From assembly GCF_009914755.1 (NCBI RefSeq), contig NC_060925.1: DNA of 64,000 nucleotides; one strand, given 5' to 3'. The notes beneath the pieces are model-generated. The model made no database searches and was not told the DNA's origin. It saw nothing but the letters and a program-made list of their open reading frames with translations. This document shows, piece after piece, positions 35,256 through 51,135 of this stretch. This DNA is from the human T2T-CHM13v2.0 reference genome, Homo sapiens. Position numbers and translations under genes: made by a program. Position 1 is the stretch's first letter. Each line of letters begins with the position of its first letter.

Positions 35256-36579
35256 AAGAAGAAAGAAGTGTGCCACCTGGACAAATGCAGTAGCTACCCT
35301 GTTTTTTGGCATAATGAGCTTCTTGCCTTCCTTACATTTTGCAGCCAGTGCTTTTCACATCTCCCTCCCTCTCAGCCTGCCCCTTCTGTCTTTTCGTTAG
35401 TAACAGTTTCCTGAAGGTGCTGGCTTCGTGCTGAGGGTGAGCAATGGAGGAGTCCAAGGCACCCTGTGCCTGCTCTACACAAAGCTACATTTTGAGGACA
35501 GGGGCCTCAGGTGGCTTCTTCATACTTTGGGAAGCTCTGCACTATGGGCACCATGGTAATGATCCACCGGAGAAGAGCTACACAGACTCAATCAAGTCAT
35601 TTTGCCCCTCTAAGCCTGAAAAGCAGGTGAGTAGAACCGCCCCGCCCCCCACGACCCTCTGATTTCAGGTGTTGAGGAGCTAGTGTTTCATGTAGCGGGG
35701 GGCTGCCCAGATGCTCACTTCCCTGGCTGTGTTCAAGGGCCAGGCCACAGACTAGAGCTCCCCTTCATGCATGTGCAGTGCCCTCGGCATTTGCCTCATC
35801 AGTTTAGAGGCTCCAAGTCCCAGGGCCACACGGTTTTGAGGACACCACACACTGTTTTTGTATAACACAGTTAGGGTCTAGATTCAGATCATTATAAGCC
35901 CGTTCATGCGCTTGCATGAAAGTCCAGCACGATATTCCTGAGTCAGGCAGGGTATGGAGTCATTCTCCACTGTGCAGGATCGTCCCGGACTCCCAAAGCA
36001 TCCAGTGTCCCTGGCCCCTGACCACTAAATGCCAATGGCACACACCCCTTTAATCATTGTGACCACCAAAAAGTGTCCCCCACAATTTTCTAAGTGCGTG
36101 CTGGGGGACTGTCTACACATGGCTTCTCATCTTTTGAAGGTTTTGAACCTGGGTTTACTGCTCCCCATACCCCCAAGTCCTGCCGGTACCCCAAGCCACT
36201 TCACTCCGTCACAGATCCCCTCTCCAGGAACGCGGCAACTACAATGTAGATCAAGGGAAGAGTGACCTTTGTTTTGCTTAGAACTTTTCCAATAGTTGCT
36301 GAGCATTTAGGAAAACCACCAGGAACAAAGCCCCTTGAGGTATTTTCGTGTCAACACATCACAGTGTCTCAGGCTGCGTTTATGCCTGTGATGTTCAGTG
36401 ACTGTACATCCACATATAAGCCTGCGGCCCCTTCATGATGTCTGCAGTGCTGTCGTGATTGAGATCTCATCCTATATCATGTTCCCTTTATTTCTCCTTT
36501 ATGTTACTGTCGGGCCCTTATTTGGATATTTTGACATTTGAACATGTTGGATGTTTGAAACTATATACATAGTAGGTAA

Positions 36580-37369
<790 letters not shown>

Positions 37370-39459
37370 CAGTCTTAACTTTTCTTAATAACAGACCCAT
37401 AGCAAAGACATAGGAACTGCCTTTCACCAGGAGTGTCAGCCTTTGATACTGCTGGGGTGCCAAGAGCACCATGCTTCCAATTCCTCCACCTGTTACTCTC
37501 ACAAGCATCACACCGAGACATTTCTGCTCCCCTGCCGGCCAGCCCTGGAGATGGAGAGTCCTGGCAGTGACAGACTGGCCAGGCTTGGAAAGGGCCCCTC
37601 CTCCACTCAGCAGTGGCTTTATTGCTTGCTCAAGGCCACTGCTTTTCCCAGGATCTCCTGGAGTCCCTCCATTTTTTCCTGAATCCTTTATAGCTGTGAA
37701 GGACTCACACTTCATGGGCCTAGGACCAAATTCAAGACAGGCACTGGGGGCTTCCCAATCCCCTTTTCCCCAGACACAGGTCCCCTGAAATATTCTCCAG
37801 GCCAGGGCAGGCAGTCCGGCTGGAGGTGGTCTCCAAATCAACACAGCCCGCACTCCCCATCCATGCTAGAGAAGAGCTGGGCGCCTTCTCTGAATCCCGT
37901 AGCCATTCTTCTGTCCTAACCGCCCTCTTTCGGACTGCATGGAATCATGTTTGTTCTGGAAAACAGAGGAGCAGAAACAGGAGGTCTTCATTTGGATTAT
38001 TTGGATTCCAAGCACAAGGTCTTCTCTCATGTCCCCACTTGAACCTTCTCTGGGTCTCGCCGGCTTATCATGTCGCCTGGTGAGTGGACTGCGCCGGGCT
38101 GGGCCTGCTCCTCCTGACAGCCTTGAGGACTGTCCCGGCATGTTGCTGCATCCCAAATAAACAAAATTCCAACTCCAAAGGCAGTGACGCATAATGTGGA
38201 CTTTTTACTGAAGGTTTTGTGAGATGACACAGGAGTCATCATGCTCCCCACAAGTTTGTTCCCCCAAGTTCCCCATCCACAGCGGCTGCACACTCCTCTC
38301 CTTGCTCTCCGACCTTTTTTCCTTGCCTTCTCTTTCTGTGTGCTCCAGCTCCTCCCTGACACCCTCTCAGAGTCAGCGTGTAAAACCTGGGCATCCTTAG
38401 CCAGAGGTCCCCTAGGAGGCCTTGGTTCATCTCCCCACCCTCTCCTGATGGAAATACTTGTGGTCTTCAGCAAAGAGAAGTGAGTATGCTATTTCCAGCT
38501 CCAGCCCAGCCCCACAGCACCCTCGTCCCCTCCCCGCCTCCCCTCATCCATTGCCTTCAACTCTGAAACTTTCCTTAGGGATGTTCTTGCCAGCCCCAGC
38601 CTGGCCCGCAGGGGACCCCTGTGATTACCACCAGCACCCTGGACAGGCTCCAGGTGATGTCCTGGAGCCTGTCTGACTCTGTGGAAGGATGTCCGCAAGT
38701 CCTGGGATTCACCTGGAACAAAGCCAGCCTGCCCAACCTTCTGCCTGGGGCGGCTGCTCTATCCACCCACTATGGCACTCCCACCCATCCCTCCCAGGGG
38801 AAAGGTAGTCTTTGCCAAGCTCCTTCTCCACATCACTGTCTGCCACAGATGGCTTTCACTGCCGTAAGCCATTCATGTTTCCAGGGCATGAGAGGGTGGA
38901 GGGTGCCACAAAGCCCTGGGCCGTTCTGGGCTGTCCCTGAGGCTGTATGACTCTGGCCCTGCAATTCCAATGGACCAAACTTGCCCCCTCAGAGACATAC
39001 CAGGAGCGGTGTCCTGCCAGGGCCAGGGGCTGACAGACAACCTTCAGAGCAGGGCCTTGTCTATTGAGATTGGGACCTGCTCACCTCCAGCTCCCCACAT
39101 ACATCTCCCCTCTGTTCCCAACTCTGATTTGAGTTGCCTCCCTCTCTGCCCGCTCACTAAGGGCTGGAATGCAGGTGACCCTCCGGATTCCGGAGGGTCT
39201 AACATTGTTAGGAAACCCTGGCTAAACTGTTCCCACTCCAGCTGGCTTCAGACATTCCAGATTCTCAAAGCTGTGCAATGCCCCTTGTCAAATGATTCAC
39301 TCCAAACGCCTCTGGAACTCATGCACATGTGTGGAGCGCCTTCCCACACCTGGTAACCTGGGGTTACTAACTCAAGACCTGGCCTCCTAGCTCTCCACCA
39401 TCAGGGGTCAGATCCCTCAGCTCACAGAGCCACAGGGACAATGGCTTTAGCAGCTGGGA

Positions 39460-39942
39460 GTTCAACGTGGGTTCCCTCTTCAGAAGCAAACCCTGGAAGG
39501 AAGATTCGCATGCAGGTGATTTAAGAAGAGTTCCCAGGAAGAGCCAGTAGGAGAGTGAGGCGTGGGGACCAAGAAAGGAAGGGGGTTAAGTAAGGGTGGG
39601 CTATTGATCAGTGTCCCACAGAAGGTGACTTTGGCCCAATCCCTTCACAGGTCTTTGAGGCTGGTGCAGGTCACATGTCAGATGACCCTGTCCAGGGAGC
39701 AGTGGAGCTGCAAGGTTTATAGCCCGAGCCCCTTAGTCACTGGTAAAGGTTGCCCTTGCCCCACATGCATTCCTAGGCACTTGCACCCTCCTTGCATTTA
39801 CTTAAAATGGGCTCCAGGAGCCTGAGCTCAGCCTCTGGCAAAGATGGAGTGCAGGCTGTTGGAGGTGAAAGCACTCAGGTGGCTGGTGTGCAAAAGTGAC
39901 CCAGGGGTATAGGGGCAGAATGCAGACAGCATTGGCTACAGA
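39460..39942 (-). mobile_element. ERVL LTR (LTR16/LTR33-like)
   Basis: GGGTTCCCTCTTCAGAAGCAAACCCTGGAAGGAAGATTCGCATGCAGGTGATTT resembles the antisense end of LTR16/33. Confidence 0.6.
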
Positions 39943-40536
39943 GTCTCTCTGTAATCATTTCTCAGTGCAAACTCTTCCTATCCCAGACCTGCAAACCTCT
40001 CACGCTCCCCTGGCATGTTCCAGCCTCCACTCTCAGCCTCTTCCCGTCCTGGGAGCAGAGCCCCTTGCTTGCTGCAGGGTCTGTCGCCTGGCATCTGCTC
40101 ACCAGCTGGTGAGGCAGGCCTGGAACCCGATCCAGTCCAAGGGCATCTGCTCCCAGCTCCTCTCCCCTCCAGAAAAGGATTCAACCCCTTAAGAAATGGG
40201 AAGTCTGTTGAGGTTGGAGTTTCCTATAACCTCATAAAGGGGGATGGAAATCCCTTCCACATGAAGGGCAGCAAGGGCCTTGGGCATACCACCTGCCCCA
40301 CAGAGCAGACAACCTCTAGACAAGTGGGAGTGTTTGTCCTGGGCAAAACCATCCTCTAAACCCTCACCTGTATGACCAGTGGATTTCTCTGAGCCCCCAG
40401 GGGAGCTCATGCCCTTCTGCTTCACCACCAAGCTCTCCACCCACCACTCAGGCTAGGAGGGAATCACTGGTCCTTTGATGCTCCTCTTCTCCTCTTCATT
40501 ATATTTTGCTGTCTCCAGATTCAGTGTGGTGGAGAG

Positions 40537-40862
40537 ACTTTGGGAGGCCAAAGCAGAGGATCACTTGAGGTCAGGAGTTCGAGACCAGGCTGGATAACAT
40601 GGCAGAAACTCTGTCTGTACTAAAAACACAAAAATTAGCCAGGCATGGTGGCACACGCCTGTGGTCCCAGCTACTCAGGACGCTGAGGCACAAGAATCGC
40701 AACTCTGATTTGGGTTGTAAAACCTGGGCATCCTTAGCCAGAGGCCCCCTAGGAGGCCTTGGTTCATCTCCCCACCTGGGCAGTAGAAGTTATAGTGAAC
40801 TGAGATCACCCCACTGCACTCCAGCCTGGGTGATGGAGCAAGACTCCAGCTCAAAAAAAGAA
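40537..40862 (+). mobile_element. 5'-truncated AluS carrying a non-Alu templated insertion (40701-40776)
   Basis: TSD AGTGTGGTGGAGAG on both sides; Alu consensus breaks after GAATCGC. Confidence 0.9.
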
Positions 40863-41478
40863 AGTGTGGTGGAGAGGGCTTCCCACATCCCCACAGATGT
40901 ATGGGTGTCTCGCCCCAACTTGGGGTCAAGGTGTCACTGGGTTTTCATTTCAAAGGGTCACCGGTCAACTTTGTCTCTCCATCCGCCTCCTCACCATCCA
41001 TCTCCTCCTACTCACGCCTCATCAAAAAAGAAGGCTGGCTTCTCTTTGGCCTCTCTGGGGCATTTCCTGTTCAGCTTGTCATGGAAGGTATAGTCAGTGT
41101 CCTCAGACAGGTGGATTCCCACTCTTCCAGGTCTCTCTTGGGTGGCTTGCTGTTTGGACATACCACCTTAACAGCCCTGGCCTCTGGCTGCATGTTAGAA
41201 ACTGTCAGGAGTCCTGCCCCATCCCCTCTCAGATATGGAATTTTCTCAATTGCTAAGCTATTTTCTGCCTATCTGGGGCCACCAAACGCATTTTGAAACT
41301 CAACCTCCAGTCTGCAAACCTGGCTCTACACCTGGATAAATTGCAAGAAATCTTTCAGTTGCAATAACAGAACACCAGCTCAAATTACTACAGGGAAAAA
41401 GGGGGATTTGCTGGTTCATTCACTGAAAAATCACAGAGGCAGTTAGCTTCAGGCTCAGCTGGATCCAGGTGCTTAAAC

Positions 41479-41700
41479 AAAGAGTTGGTAAATGACAGCC
41501 TGTGAGCCAAATCTAGCCTGCCACCTGTTTTGTAAATAACTTTCTATTGGAATGCAGCCGTGCTTATTTGTTTACATATTGTCTATGGCTGCTTGTACCC
41601 TACAACCACAGAGCTGAGTAGTTGCAACAGAGACCACATGGCCCACAAAGCTGAACATATTTACTATTGGCTCTTTATAGAAAAAGTTTGCCAACCCCTG
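41479..41700. mobile_element. MER58A (hAT-Charlie) MITE
   Basis: GCCAAATCTAGCCTGCCACCTGTTTTGTAAATAAC...GAAAAAGTTTGCCAACCCCTG. Confidence 0.85.
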
Positions 41701-43090
41701 GCTTGAACAATATCATCAGGAATGTGCCTTTATCTCTCATTGCCTAAAGGCTGTTGTTAGTGCCCTTGCCCTTCCCCCTAAACTGCAAAGACTGAGAGTG
41801 GCTGAGATGTGACTCCCCAAGTAAAGACCGGGGAGAAGGATAAATGGCTTTGGAGCAGGCCAAAACAACAGATGTCTGCTCTACAGGCTCTGAACTTGTT
41901 TTCTGTGCAGTGACAAGCCGTAAACCACTTGGAGTTTATCCTTCAGCTTGGTGGCATCCTGAATGAGACTGTCCCTGTCTCCTTGTTGCCAAGCCCAAAA
42001 CAAGATCAACAAGTGATCATGGCTACAGCCCGACTATCACCATAGAGAGTGCTCAGTCAGCAGCACCGTTCCGGGGGCAGCGTGTGGATGAGAACATCTT
42101 CACACCAGCCCCAAGGCCCTATCCGATCTGCATAGAGCATGCCAAACACATTTAATTATGTTCTGTTCAGTCCCTTGGGCTGGGGAGTCCCCTTGGGGAG
42201 CAATTCTAGTCTTGCCAATTGAAGTTCTGCGGGTAAAATAATTCTTAGAATCTCACCATTTTTTGATGAGATGATCTCAAAACAGAAAATCCAAAAACTG
42301 ATAAGAACTTTTCCCAACACCCTCCTGCCACCGAGTATGCTTCTTGATCTTTGCTGGGGTAGCTGGGCGTGGGAGGAAGTACGCCTTCCAGACTTGACTG
42401 TCCAGTTTCAGAAGACAGCAATCAAGGTGTGCCAGTTTCAAAAAGCATCCCATGCTGAGTCATCTCCAGAAGGGCGGGTTGGTGGGCAGTGTTTTCTATG
42501 AACTGCACTGGGGCGCAGGTGTCACATTTTATTTGGACATCCTCTGCCATCTTGGGCCAGAGGAATCATGCCCTAATTAGCCCCAGCATCTGTTCCCTCC
42601 CCAAGGCCTAAAATCATCATGCGTGGACTCAGTGCCGCAGGGTAGCCTTTTTGAAACAGTACCAACTGCTTCCACAGACCATGTATGAGGCACAAGGAAT
42701 CCTGTACAATACCTAATAATTAGGGCAATTTCTGTCATTCCTAGAGAATGGCGTTCGGGCCATAAGAGAAGCTTTGTACCCTTCCTGCCAAGAGACCTAC
42801 TTCTTCCCTTTCACTGTCAACCACAGCTAGACATCTTCCTAGCAAAGCTCTTTGCCAGTCACCCACATTCATCTGGGGCAGAGAGGTAGATTTGGGTTAT
42901 ATAATTCAAGGCTATAAGTACAGCTTCTGAGCATTGCCCTAGGCTGTCAGCCAAGCCTCTTTTCCAGACCCTTTTGCCATTCCAAATGGTCTACGCTCCC
43001 TCATTAAAGATGGTCTCGGTGATACGAGGACATGACCTTTGTAACATAGCAGCTGCACCTTCGCAGCACATGAAAACAACATTGGAATTA

Positions 43091-43550
<460 letters not shown>

Positions 43551-43664
43551 GCTGGTCTGTTCATAGAGTATTGGGCCTTACTGCCAAATGGCCATTGATG
43601 AGCAACATCACAATTTTATTATCCCCATCGACCTGATATAACACCACCTTCCATCTGTTTGTCC

Positions 43665-44150
43665 TAGATCAAGATTGTCTGCTGGCATTCTTTCCTTTAG
43701 GGAACCACCTCTCCCTCATTCCATGTGGCTTAGGGGGCACTGATCCCCACTCAGTCCTCATCCTCAAGACCCAAAGGTGGGTGTGTGACATGAGCCTGCA
43801 AATCAGACTACTCCATTTCCAATCTCTAGCCGTAGTGATTAGTTCACAGATGGGCACATGACCAAGCTGAGCCAATCAGAATCTTCCCTGGGAGTTTTCT
43901 GCCAGAACTATCAAGAAAATGCTCCTGTATTCTCTGAGAGTGGAAGATGGAGCTGCCTTAGCCATTTTCACTGTCCATGTGAAGGAATAATTCTGCAATA
44001 GAAGAGAATGAGGCCAACAAGCAATGTGAACCAGAGAATAAACCAAGATGAGAGATGGAGGGGGATGGAGACAGGCACAGAAACAGAGAGAAACGTGATG
44101 ACAGTTATATGAGTCCTTGAACCCAGCCATTTCTGAGTATCTAGTCTAGG
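43665..44150. mobile_element. Old MaLR/ERVL LTR (MLT1-like)
   Basis: GATGGGCACATGACCAAGCTGAGCCAATCAGAATCTTCCCTGGGA motif. Confidence 0.55.
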
Positions 44151-45379
44151 CTTTGAGAAAATAAAATATTATAAGCACCAGTCTATTATTTCATCTTTGT
44201 TTAACATTGTAATTGAAACCAGAGGTTTCAATCCCAATAAATAAGGAATCTTCAGAGAATGAATAGTTATTGACACAGTGCTTTTGAGAATGCAAAGCAC
44301 TGGACTGGACATAATTTTTTGTGTGGCAAAAATTAGGAGTAAGGTGAAAGGTAGAAAGTACAGAGAAAGAGAGACACATATACACACACACGCAGAAAGA
44401 GAGAGAAAGAGAGAGACTATTAACCATATGGAGTTAAGATCTTACTTCAAATTACATTTATTCTTATTTTATACCTTGTCATCATGATATTGAGCAGTTT
44501 GTATGCATGAAGCTCTCCTCTGACATTCTACTCTAACTGCAATGGTTTATTGTTTTACAACCCTTAACCCTGAGACTATGATGCTTGTTTATTGTAGAAA
44601 ATTGTATTTACTCCTTGTAAGTTCGTTATAAGGAATTGAACTTTCCAGCAACCCTGTAATATTTCACCTGAACTGAGTATGACTTCAGTGCTCTTGTTTT
44701 ATTTAAACCAAACTGCTGTACAAGGCTGGTATAGTTTCTTGGTGTTGGGAAAAAAAGTATTTGTAAAGTGTTTTTTTTTCCCCCTTGCATAAGTTATACA
44801 AGAAAAACAAATACTGGTTATAACGGACTCACATTAAAAGCACAATGCACAATTTAAACTTTCTTCCACACCCTGGGCTTTTGAGTTATGTCAACCAATA
44901 TATTGTCCTTTCTTGTTCAGGTGCAACAGAAAGAATCTTGAGTAATGCACCTTCTGAGGGGGAGTGGTGAGGGAGGCAAGGGCTAGGTGGGTCAGCAGGG
45001 TGAGCTGATCCCTACTGTTCCTAACACTCTATCCTTTTTCAGGGCCTGAGGCTGCCCCTGACATTTTCAAGATACCTGGATACCATCTCTGAGCTAACAC
45101 CGATTTCTAGAACTCCAGAATGCTACCGTGATGCCGTGGTCAGAGTGGGAATATATGGGGTCAGGGTAAATGGAGCTGTTGACCTGAGTCCACCCCATGG
45201 AAGGCCCAGCAAGGCCCCAACCCTATCTTGCAGTCATTCTCCTTGCTTCCGAAGGTGTCGTTGAAATCCATAGCACCAGCAGCCTGCATTCCCACACCAG
45301 ATCCTTGATCTACGTGGATTAAGAGCTTTCTTTTTTTTTCCAGAGGAAGGACCTAGTATGATCTCCTGCCTTCTCCTTC

Positions 45380-45600
45380 CCTAGCCAAACAAAGTAAAGC
45401 TAGACTACATCCCCGGGATAATTAAAGATGTTAGTGAAACCACAAACAGCTTGAAATATACAGAATTGGTGATTCCTATCACATACCAGCTAATTCTCCA
45501 ATTTGGCTGTAGCCAAAGAAAGACAGGCCTTGGAAAGTGGCAGTGGATCACCATATGGTTCGTTAGTGACAACAATTTGCGTCTGCTGCCCCAGACCTGG
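45380..45600 (+). mobile_element. ERVL pol (RT N-terminal) relic
   Basis: Reads YIPGIIKDVSETTNSLKYTELVIPIT, then after a frameshift NSPIWL..KKDRPWKVAVDH; cf. ERVL [50 protein letters not shown]. Confidence 0.65.
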
Positions 45601-46004
45601 TCAGATCACATGTGTCCCCCTAGCTGTCTTCCTGGCTGCCTGTCCTAAAGGTTGTCTGTGGCTGTCTGGCTGAACCGTCGGTTCTTAACAACCACACCCC
45701 CTGGAAGCGCCAGTGCCAGGAGAGACTGCAGCCTCCCCCATGGGTGCCTTCTTGTTCCCTCTCATGCCAGGTATCCTTTGTTCCTAGGTGTGTAGTTCAC
45801 CATGCCTTAGATGCCACCATGTTTGCTCACTTCACAGATGTGATGGAATCTGGTCACAGCTGACACTGGCCTTGCTCCACACTTCTGGATGATTTCACTC
45901 CAAGATACAATCTAAGCATGCAAGGAAGGAAAAAATCTGTCATAAACAACCATATCAGTCAACAAATGCACACCTGAGGCATCGAAAAATGTACAAAATC
46001 CCAA

Positions 46005-46310
46005 AATCCTGGATGCAGTAGTAATCCCAACACTTTGGAAGGTCAAGGCAGGAAGATCACTTGAGCTCGGGAGTTTGAGACCAGCCTGGGCAACATAGTG
46101 AGACTGCTTCTCTACAAAACAAAACAAAACAAAACAAACAAAAATTAGCCAAGTGTGGTGGCACATGCCTGTATTCCCAGCTACTCAGGAGGCTGAGGTG
46201 GGAGGATCAACTGAGCCTGGGAGGTAGAGGCTGCAGTAAGCTGTGTTTGCACCACTACATTCCAGCCTGGGCAATAGAGCAAGACCCTGTCTCAAACAAA
46301 AAAATCAAAG
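46005..46310 (+). mobile_element. AluJ
   Basis: TSD AAAATGTACAAAATC/AAAATGTACGAAATC; (AAAAC)n linker. Confidence 0.88.
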
Positions 46311-47799
46311 AAAAATGTACGAAATCATTGTTGACATCTGACTTGAGTGTTTCTTTCAACACATGAGGAGAGTAGCCAGAGAAACGTTTTCAGAAATGGC
46401 TGAACCCAAACAGCACCTTAGTAAGCAAGGGCCTTTTCATGCGGGCATTCACTGCACCCCAAATGGCCACCTGCTCAAGGCCAGAAGGAGGAAAACCTCT
46501 TCCAACCACCTAGCACTTTCTCTGGCCTAGTAGTCTCCTCTAATCTCTTGCAGTAGTCTGCCTCTACCTCCCTGGACTCTGGTACACGCTATCAGCTGTT
46601 CAATCCCTCAGTTTCTTTCCAGATGAGGAAGGCTGGGGTGGAGATGGGTACCACTTGTTGGTGGAATATCGACAAGAAAGACAGACTTTTCATACTGCCA
46701 AGATCCATCCCCTCTTGGCATATGGCCTGTGTCATGATGCGGAAAGAGCTGTTGTCTGGTGACAAGTCAGGTGACCACATGTCCCTTTGGTTACCCTGGT
46801 CATCGTACATCTCGTGCTTCAGGAAGGCAGATATGGGCACAGAGAAGAACTTGCACCACCATAGTTGTCATTTCTATCTCAAGGTGGTTGCCACGGTTTC
46901 CCCCTGATTTGGAGCTGGTATTCCAAATTCCATCCCCTCTCAGGCTGATCAATCTTCATTTCTTTGTGCCGTAAATCTGCAAGCCTGGCAGTCCTAGTGA
47001 AGTTATACTCTGAAGTTTGAAAGGAACAATTTAACCAAGATGCAGCTGGGTATCACTCGATGGGGAGAAAATCCCAGAAAAGGCCCAGCCTTTAACCCAC
47101 ACATGATTGGGTCCTCTTGAGCCATTGCATCTGACACCCAAGACCAGACTTGAAGTCAGTCCCTACATACCATGAAATGCCCCTCAGTACAAATCCGACT
47201 CCAAAGTGACTGAACATTTCTTGAAGAGCTGGAGGAGGTTACATGACCCTATGCACAGCAGAATCCCTTGAGAATCTCCTTCAAAATCCATGCCCCTTTA
47301 GCATCTCTCCCAAAGGCATTAGCCAGTTTTCCCCTTCTCATTCCCGTTCTCCCACCCACTGTCCACTCCACAGCCTCTCCCTGCCAGGCTGGCTCTGGCC
47401 CTCCTCTGTTTTGTATATAAAAATCCTGCCAGCCTGAATATACCATTCAGCAAATGAGAAGCCAGCCAAAGGGTGCTCTGCAAAACAAAAGCACAGTCAT
47501 TAGCTAAACAGCTCAACTAACCAAAACATTGTTCCCCAAGTGTGCCCTGGTGGTCCTCAGTTTATCCTACCACTCCATGTTCAAAAGCCCAAATATATCT
47601 ATGTTAAGCCTTGTCCTATTTTTAAAAATAAAATTTCTACTCCTCTCCCCAAGCCGTCTTTCTGTCCCTGTTCTCAATGTGTGAGGTTATGAAAGTAGAT
47701 TTAAAAGCTCTGCCCTGGCCAAAGTTGAGACAGCATCACTCTTTCACCACCATTTGCAACTCCAAACTTTTATGTGTTTTTACTAAACTGCCCTCCAAA

Positions 47800-48000
47800 C
47801 CAGCATGTCCAACAGAACTTTCTGCATTGAGGGAAATGTTCTCTACAGGCACTGTCCAGTATGGAAGCCACTAGCCCATGTAAGCATTGAGATCTTGGAA
47901 CTGACTAGGGTGACTGAGGAACCAAATTTCCAATTTTATTTAATTTTAGTTTAAATAGCCCCATGTCGCTAGTGTCTACCGTATTGGATAGCACAACTCT
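47800..48000. mobile_element. MER3 (hAT-Charlie) MITE
   Basis: TGTCCAACAGAACTTTCTGCATTGAGGGAAATGTTCT...GTATTGGATAGCAC. Confidence 0.8.
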
Positions 48001-48064
48001 AGCTTAATTCCTCTAATGACAATAAGAAGCATTATATGAAACTGTCAAAAAATATTTAAAGTCA

Positions 48065-51135
<3,071 letters not shown>

